37,129 nt of DNA from a virus. Lineage: Duplodnaviria > Caudoviricetes. A model generated the notes under the pieces. The model did no database searches. It was not told the origin of the DNA and was given only the letters and a program-made list of their open reading frames with translations. This document shows positions 33,625 through 37,129 of the stretch, piece by piece (within the stretch, counting starts at the first letter, position 1; every line of letters starts with the position of its first letter). The position numbers were made by a program, and so were the translations under genes. The stretch spans positions 1-37,129 of the IMG/VR virus record IMGVR_UViG_3300044847_000035, one strand, 5' to 3'.

Positions 33625-35635
33625 CCAGCGTTTCCGACGGGAACTGCGGATGCTCACCGAGGAATCCGCGGCCTGGCAATCGCTGTGGGAACGCGCCGAG
33701 TTCGGCGTCAAGTTCCTGATGGACGGCCGTCACTATAGCGACGCCGAGGAGAAAGCCTCCCTCAGCTCGGAGGACATCCGCTGGGTGCACGAGGACGCCT
33801 TCAACCGCCTGCGCCATGAGTTGGGCGTGGTCGTGAAACCGGGCCTGCTGACGGCGATGCCGCTGGATCAAGACGGCAACATGGAACTCGGCGATCTGGC
33901 GTGCAAGGCGATCCTGTCCGACACCGACCAGCCGGAGAAGGAATGGGAGGATGCCTGGTACGACACGGCGATGTGCGGGTCGGCTGGCGGCTACGGCGTC
34001 AACTGGCTCGATTACGTTCCCGATGGCCAAGGCGGCGGCGACCTGCTCTTGCTCGCGGATGACCCGCGAAACTTCATGTGCGACCGACGCGTGAAGTCGG
34101 TCCACAACCCGCTCTGTCGCTTCGTGGTCCGGCGCGTGCGAATGACGATCGGCGAAGCGATGCAGCGCTGCGAGGGCAGGCACGGCTGGAACAAGGACGT
34201 GTGCAAGAATCTCCAGCCGGACGACGGGAACTTCAGCACCTGGCGGCCGGGTGAAACGCCGGAACTGGAAACCTCGCAGGCCGCACGGCTGGTTCAGGAC
34301 CAAGACGGGACCGACGAGGAGCGGATGGCGAAGGAATGCACGTTCTTCTTCATCTGGCGCCGCAGGTCGGACGACAGAGAGGTCGCGCCCGACGACTACG
34401 TGGAGTTCGAGCCGGAGGACCGTTACATGCGCTGCACGGCGTGCGGCTACCGCACCGAGGCGCAGGGCAGCCTGCCGGCGAACGACGATGGCTCCCCACA
34501 GGAGCTTCCCGCCGAGTTGGAGAACGGTTGCCCCGAGTGCATGCAATCGAGTGATGTCGCGCACCACGGCAACATGGTCCGCGTGGACGGCATGGACTTG
34601 AATCGCGAGATGCTCAAGTATCCGAAGGGCTACTTGTGCATCGTGGCGCCAATGGCGCTGCCTGGCGTCGAGGACTTCGTGTACGAGGGCGGCTGGCCGG
34701 CAAAGTTGCGGAGCTACCCATGCACGTTCCTGCCGCGCTTCCGCCATCCGTTCCGCGTCAGCGGCCCTTCGATCGCCGACCTGACCGCATGGAACACGAT
34801 CGCGACCGATATGCTCATGCGGACCGTGCTCGAGCGCATGGTCGCTATCGAGCCGGCGCAGGTGCTGCCCCTGGATGCGTTCTTCGACGCGCGCGGCAAT
34901 CCGTGGGAGTCGAGCAGTGAGCGCGGACTCGGAGCGTTCTATATCGGCCAGCAGATGCCGCAGACGGGGCTCATAAGCGGCGACCCCGGCGTGCCAGCGT
35001 CGTGGAGCGCGGTCTATCAGGCGGCGCGTCAGGCATTGACGAGCGCTCAGGGCATCGCTGACTTTTCGATCCAAGAAGGCCAGACACGCGACATCGCGGC
35101 GCAGTCGGCCGCGCTCCAGATCCGGCAGGAGGAGATCCCGGCGGCGGATTACCGCAGGCGCTACGAGAATCTGCGCAGCATCATGTCCGGCATCTACTAC
35201 GACTATAAGCGCGCCGTGGACCCATCCGATGCGCTCTACAGGGCCGGGGATGACGACGGCGACCAGTTCGTGCGGAACCTGGCACTCGCGGACCTGCCGA
35301 ACTTCTCGTTCCGTTTCTCGAGCGACCCCGACATGAAGCCGCAGGACGCCGAGTCGGCGCGCGCCACCAGCGAACTCATCGCTGCGATCGAGCAGCGGCC
35401 GTGGGCCGTGGACCTGATCGCTCAGCGGAATCACATCTCGCCCGCGCTGGTGCGGAAAGCACGCCAGGACTTCGCGCGGCAACAGCAGCAGAACCAGGCG
35501 GCGGCGGCTCAGGCTGCCGCGCAGGCGCAAGGGGCCGGGGCAGGCATGGGACCCGGCCCTGCGCCGCCGCAACGGGAATCCCCGCAGGCGATGGTCGATC
35601 GGCTGCTCGCCGGCGCGGGGCAGCAGCAAGCGTAG
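33605..35635 (+). CDS. Portal protein (P22-like)
   Basis: 676 aa between terL and scaffold; KFLMDGRHYS, FNRLRHELG, DPRNFMCD and QTRDIAAQSAAL segments; Q/A-rich C-terminus. Confidence 0.8.
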   Translation: MAQTTTSQRFRRELRMLTEESAAWQSLWERAEFGVKFLMDGRHYSDAEEKASLSSEDIRWVHEDAFNRLRHELGVVVKPGLLTAMPLDQDGNMELGDLACKAILSDTDQPEKEWEDAWYDTAMCGSAGGYGVNWLDYVPDGQGGGDLLLLADDPRNFMCDRRVKSVHNPLCRFVVRRVRMTIGEAMQRCEGRHGWNKDVCKNLQPDDGNFSTWRPGETPELETSQAARLVQDQDGTDEERMAKECTFFFIWRRRSDDREVAPDDYVEFEPEDRYMRCTACGYRTEAQGSLPANDDGSPQELPAELENGCPECMQSSDVAHHGNMVRVDGMDLNREMLKYPKGYLCIVAPMALPGVEDFVYEGGWPAKLRSYPCTFLPRFRHPFRVSGPSIADLTAWNTIATDMLMRTVLERMVAIEPAQVLPLDAFFDARGNPWESSSERGLGAFYIGQQMPQTGLISGDPGVPASWSAVYQAARQALTSAQGIADFSIQEGQTRDIAAQSAALQIRQEEIPAADYRRRYENLRSIMSGIYYDYKRAVDPSDALYRAGDDDGDQFVRNLALADLPNFSFRFSSDPDMKPQDAESARATSELIAAIEQRPWAVDLIAQRNHISPALVRKARQDFARQQQQNQAAAAQAAAQAQGAGAGMGPGPAPPQRESPQAMVDRLLAGAGQQQA

Positions 35636-35647
35636 GAGGCTCACGAC

Positions 35648-36475
35648 ATGCGTTACTGGCATCCGACTCCAGAAGGCGGGGCAGGCGAGCCCGGCGAGGC
35701 GTCTGGCGACGCGGGGGCCAACCCCGCCGCGGAGACCGCTGCCGAGGCTGGCTCCGGCGCCGAGACGGGTCAGGAGACAGCTCGCGAAGAGGCTGATCGA
35801 GCACGAGACGAGTTCATCGCGCAGAAGGTCCAGCAGGGCATCGAAGCAGCGTTGCCGCAGATCATCTCTCGCATCCAGTCGAGCGCACCAGCGGCTCCGG
35901 CGGCCACACCACCGACGGCAGGCCGGGGAGTGGTGAGCGCACTGGAAGCGGAAGCGGCAGCGATCCAGGCCGAAACGGCACGGTTGGACGCCGCGTTCGT
36001 GGCCGACGGCTACACGGCCAAGAATCTCGCGGACCAGAACCGGCTCGCGATGCGCCTGTCCAACTTCAACGCGCAGCTTCTCGCTCATGGCATGCAGATG
36101 CAGGAAGCGGAGCGCCACGTCGAGAAGGCGGGTTCGTCCGACGACGATGCCAAGGCCGCCGCGTGGCGGAAGTTCGCCGGCGAGAATCCCGGCGTGCCGG
36201 TCCGGTTCCTGCGCCCGACGTTCGAGAAGGAATACGCCGCGACCCACCCCGCAACGCCAGCCAAGCCCAAACCCGGCGATACCGCTGGCGCGCGAGCTGC
36301 GGCTGCTGCGGTCTCGGGAGCGAGCGAGGTCTCAGCCCGCGAAGCCAGAACCCGCACGATCAATCGAGCCGACTACGACCGCGAAGTGCAGGCAGCGGAG
36401 GACCGTGGCGACTTCGCCAAAGTCTCCGAACTCGGGCGCTCGGTGCGCTCGGGACGCCTGCTCGTCAAAGGCTAA
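35648..36475 (+). CDS. Capsid scaffolding protein
   Basis: Acidic low-complexity N-terminus, helical core; between portal and capsid; AGGAGG RBS. Confidence 0.7.
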   Translation: MRYWHPTPEGGAGEPGEASGDAGANPAAETAAEAGSGAETGQETAREEADRARDEFIAQKVQQGIEAALPQIISRIQSSAPAAPAATPPTAGRGVVSALEAEAAAIQAETARLDAAFVADGYTAKNLADQNRLAMRLSNFNAQLLAHGMQMQEAERHVEKAGSSDDDAKAAAWRKFAGENPGVPVRFLRPTFEKEYAATHPATPAKPKPGDTAGARAAAAAVSGASEVSAREARTRTINRADYDREVQAAEDRGDFAKVSELGRSVRSGRLLVKG

Positions 36476-36498
36476 GGGCCGCAGAAAAGACCTGAAAC

Positions 36499-37129
36499 AT
36501 GCCGATCACGGCAGACGTTCCTGGTTCATCGCCAGGCTCGAATCTCACGCAGCAGGAGTGGAACGATTCCATCCTGCCCGCAGTGTACGAGCGGCAGTGG
36601 TTCCTGCCGCGCACGATGAAGATGAAGCGGGGCTACAACCGGCTGAACGTGCCCGAGATGGGCGTGGTCAGCGGTCATACGATGGCCTCGACTTCGGACG
36701 GAACCGACATCTTCCTCGACTCGATGAACCCGACGAGCGTGCCGCTCAACCCGAACTGGCTGGAGGCCGGCCACGCCTACCCGGATTCGCTCGAGTGGCG
36801 TTCGGTCGAAGGCATCCCCGCGGCAGCCGCCCGGAACGCCGAGAACGGACTCGCGGCCTACATCGAGCAGCAGTACCTGACGGACGTCATCGCGGGAACG
36901 AACTTCCTCGGCGGCGCGGCTTACGACTCGGACGCGGCTGGCATTCGTGCAGCCGTGGCCCAGTTGCGGACGAGCGCGCTGACCGAGGCGATGCCGGGCG
37001 ATACGGAGATCTTCGGACTGTTCTACTCGTTGCAGCACGATGACCTGATGTCGGTCCCCGAGTTCACGCATGCCGATCAGCGTGGTGACGGAGCCAATCC
37101 GCTCGTCTCCGGCATGTTCGGCAAGGGCA
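36499..37129 (+). CDS. Major capsid protein, N-terminal part (continues to 348; not in the ORF track)
   Basis: MPITADVPG...QQEWNDSILPAVYERQWF...GYNRLNVPEMG...GLAAYIEQQYL; open to the window end. Confidence 0.8.
   Translation, partial: MPITADVPGSSPGSNLTQQEWNDSILPAVYERQWFLPRTMKMKRGYNRLNVPEMGVVSGHTMASTSDGTDIFLDSMNPTSVPLNPNWLEAGHAYPDSLEWRSVEGIPAAAARNAENGLAAYIEQQYLTDVIAGTNFLGGAAYDSDAAGIRAAVAQLRTSALTEAMPGDTEIFGLFYSLQHDDLMSVPEFTHADQRGDGANPLVSGMFGKG
37003..37129 (+). repeat. Terminal direct repeat, right copy
   Basis: Identical to 1-127. Confidence 0.95.

Noticed and set aside
33587-36247. 886-aa minus-strand ORF
   Set aside because: Antisense shadow of the portal and scaffold genes in high-GC DNA; R/L/V-rich with no motifs
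36087-37043. 318-aa alternative-frame + strand ORF over scaffold and capsid
   Set aside because: R/P-rich with no RBS; the real capsid frame begins at 36499
37003-37129. 127-bp terminal repeat as a biological DTR or att site
   Set aside because: It falls mid-capsid gene and 127 is a common assembler k-mer size, so it is best explained as circular-contig overlap
1-37129. CRISPR array, tRNA, diversity-generating retroelement, integrase, recoded stop codons
   Set aside because: No spaced repeats, cloverleaf, reverse-transcriptase or recombinase motifs seen; genes tile densely under the standard code

Overview
This window is a complete, circularly assembled GC-rich tailed-phage genome of about 37.0 kb. 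Bases 1-127 repeat exactly at 37003-37129, and the major capsid gene reads across that junction. Gene order is podovirus (P22-like). The rightward arm runs csrA, replication initiator, small ORFs, terminase large subunit, a signal-peptide protein, portal, scaffold, capsid, two adaptor-like proteins, a beta-helix protein, nozzle, three ejection-like proteins, two signal-peptide proteins, and a lysis region (SleB-type hydrolase, holin-like proteins, a probable outer-membrane beta-barrel). The leftward arm (27504 to 16563) carries ERF and YqaJ recombination genes, a DNA-modification cluster (DPPY methyltransferase, PAPS-reductase-like protein, frame-nested two-chain C5 methyltransferase), a lipoprotein, a glycoside-hydrolase-like protein, a secreted protein with a C-terminal WGxVKxxYR motif, an HTH protein and a PD-(D/E)xK nuclease. 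Back-to-back sigma70-like promoters separate the arms. I recognised no integrase, repressor, DNA polymerase or tRNA. The most unusual signal is a set of late-operon proteins with Sec signal peptides that are strongly enriched in D-[S/T] motifs, the FCB/Bacteroidota O-glycosylation sequon. This suggests the phage routes proteins through the host export, glycosylation and sorting machinery, probably in an FCB-related host such as Ca. Eisenbacteria. All product calls come from motif recognition and synteny, without database searches.
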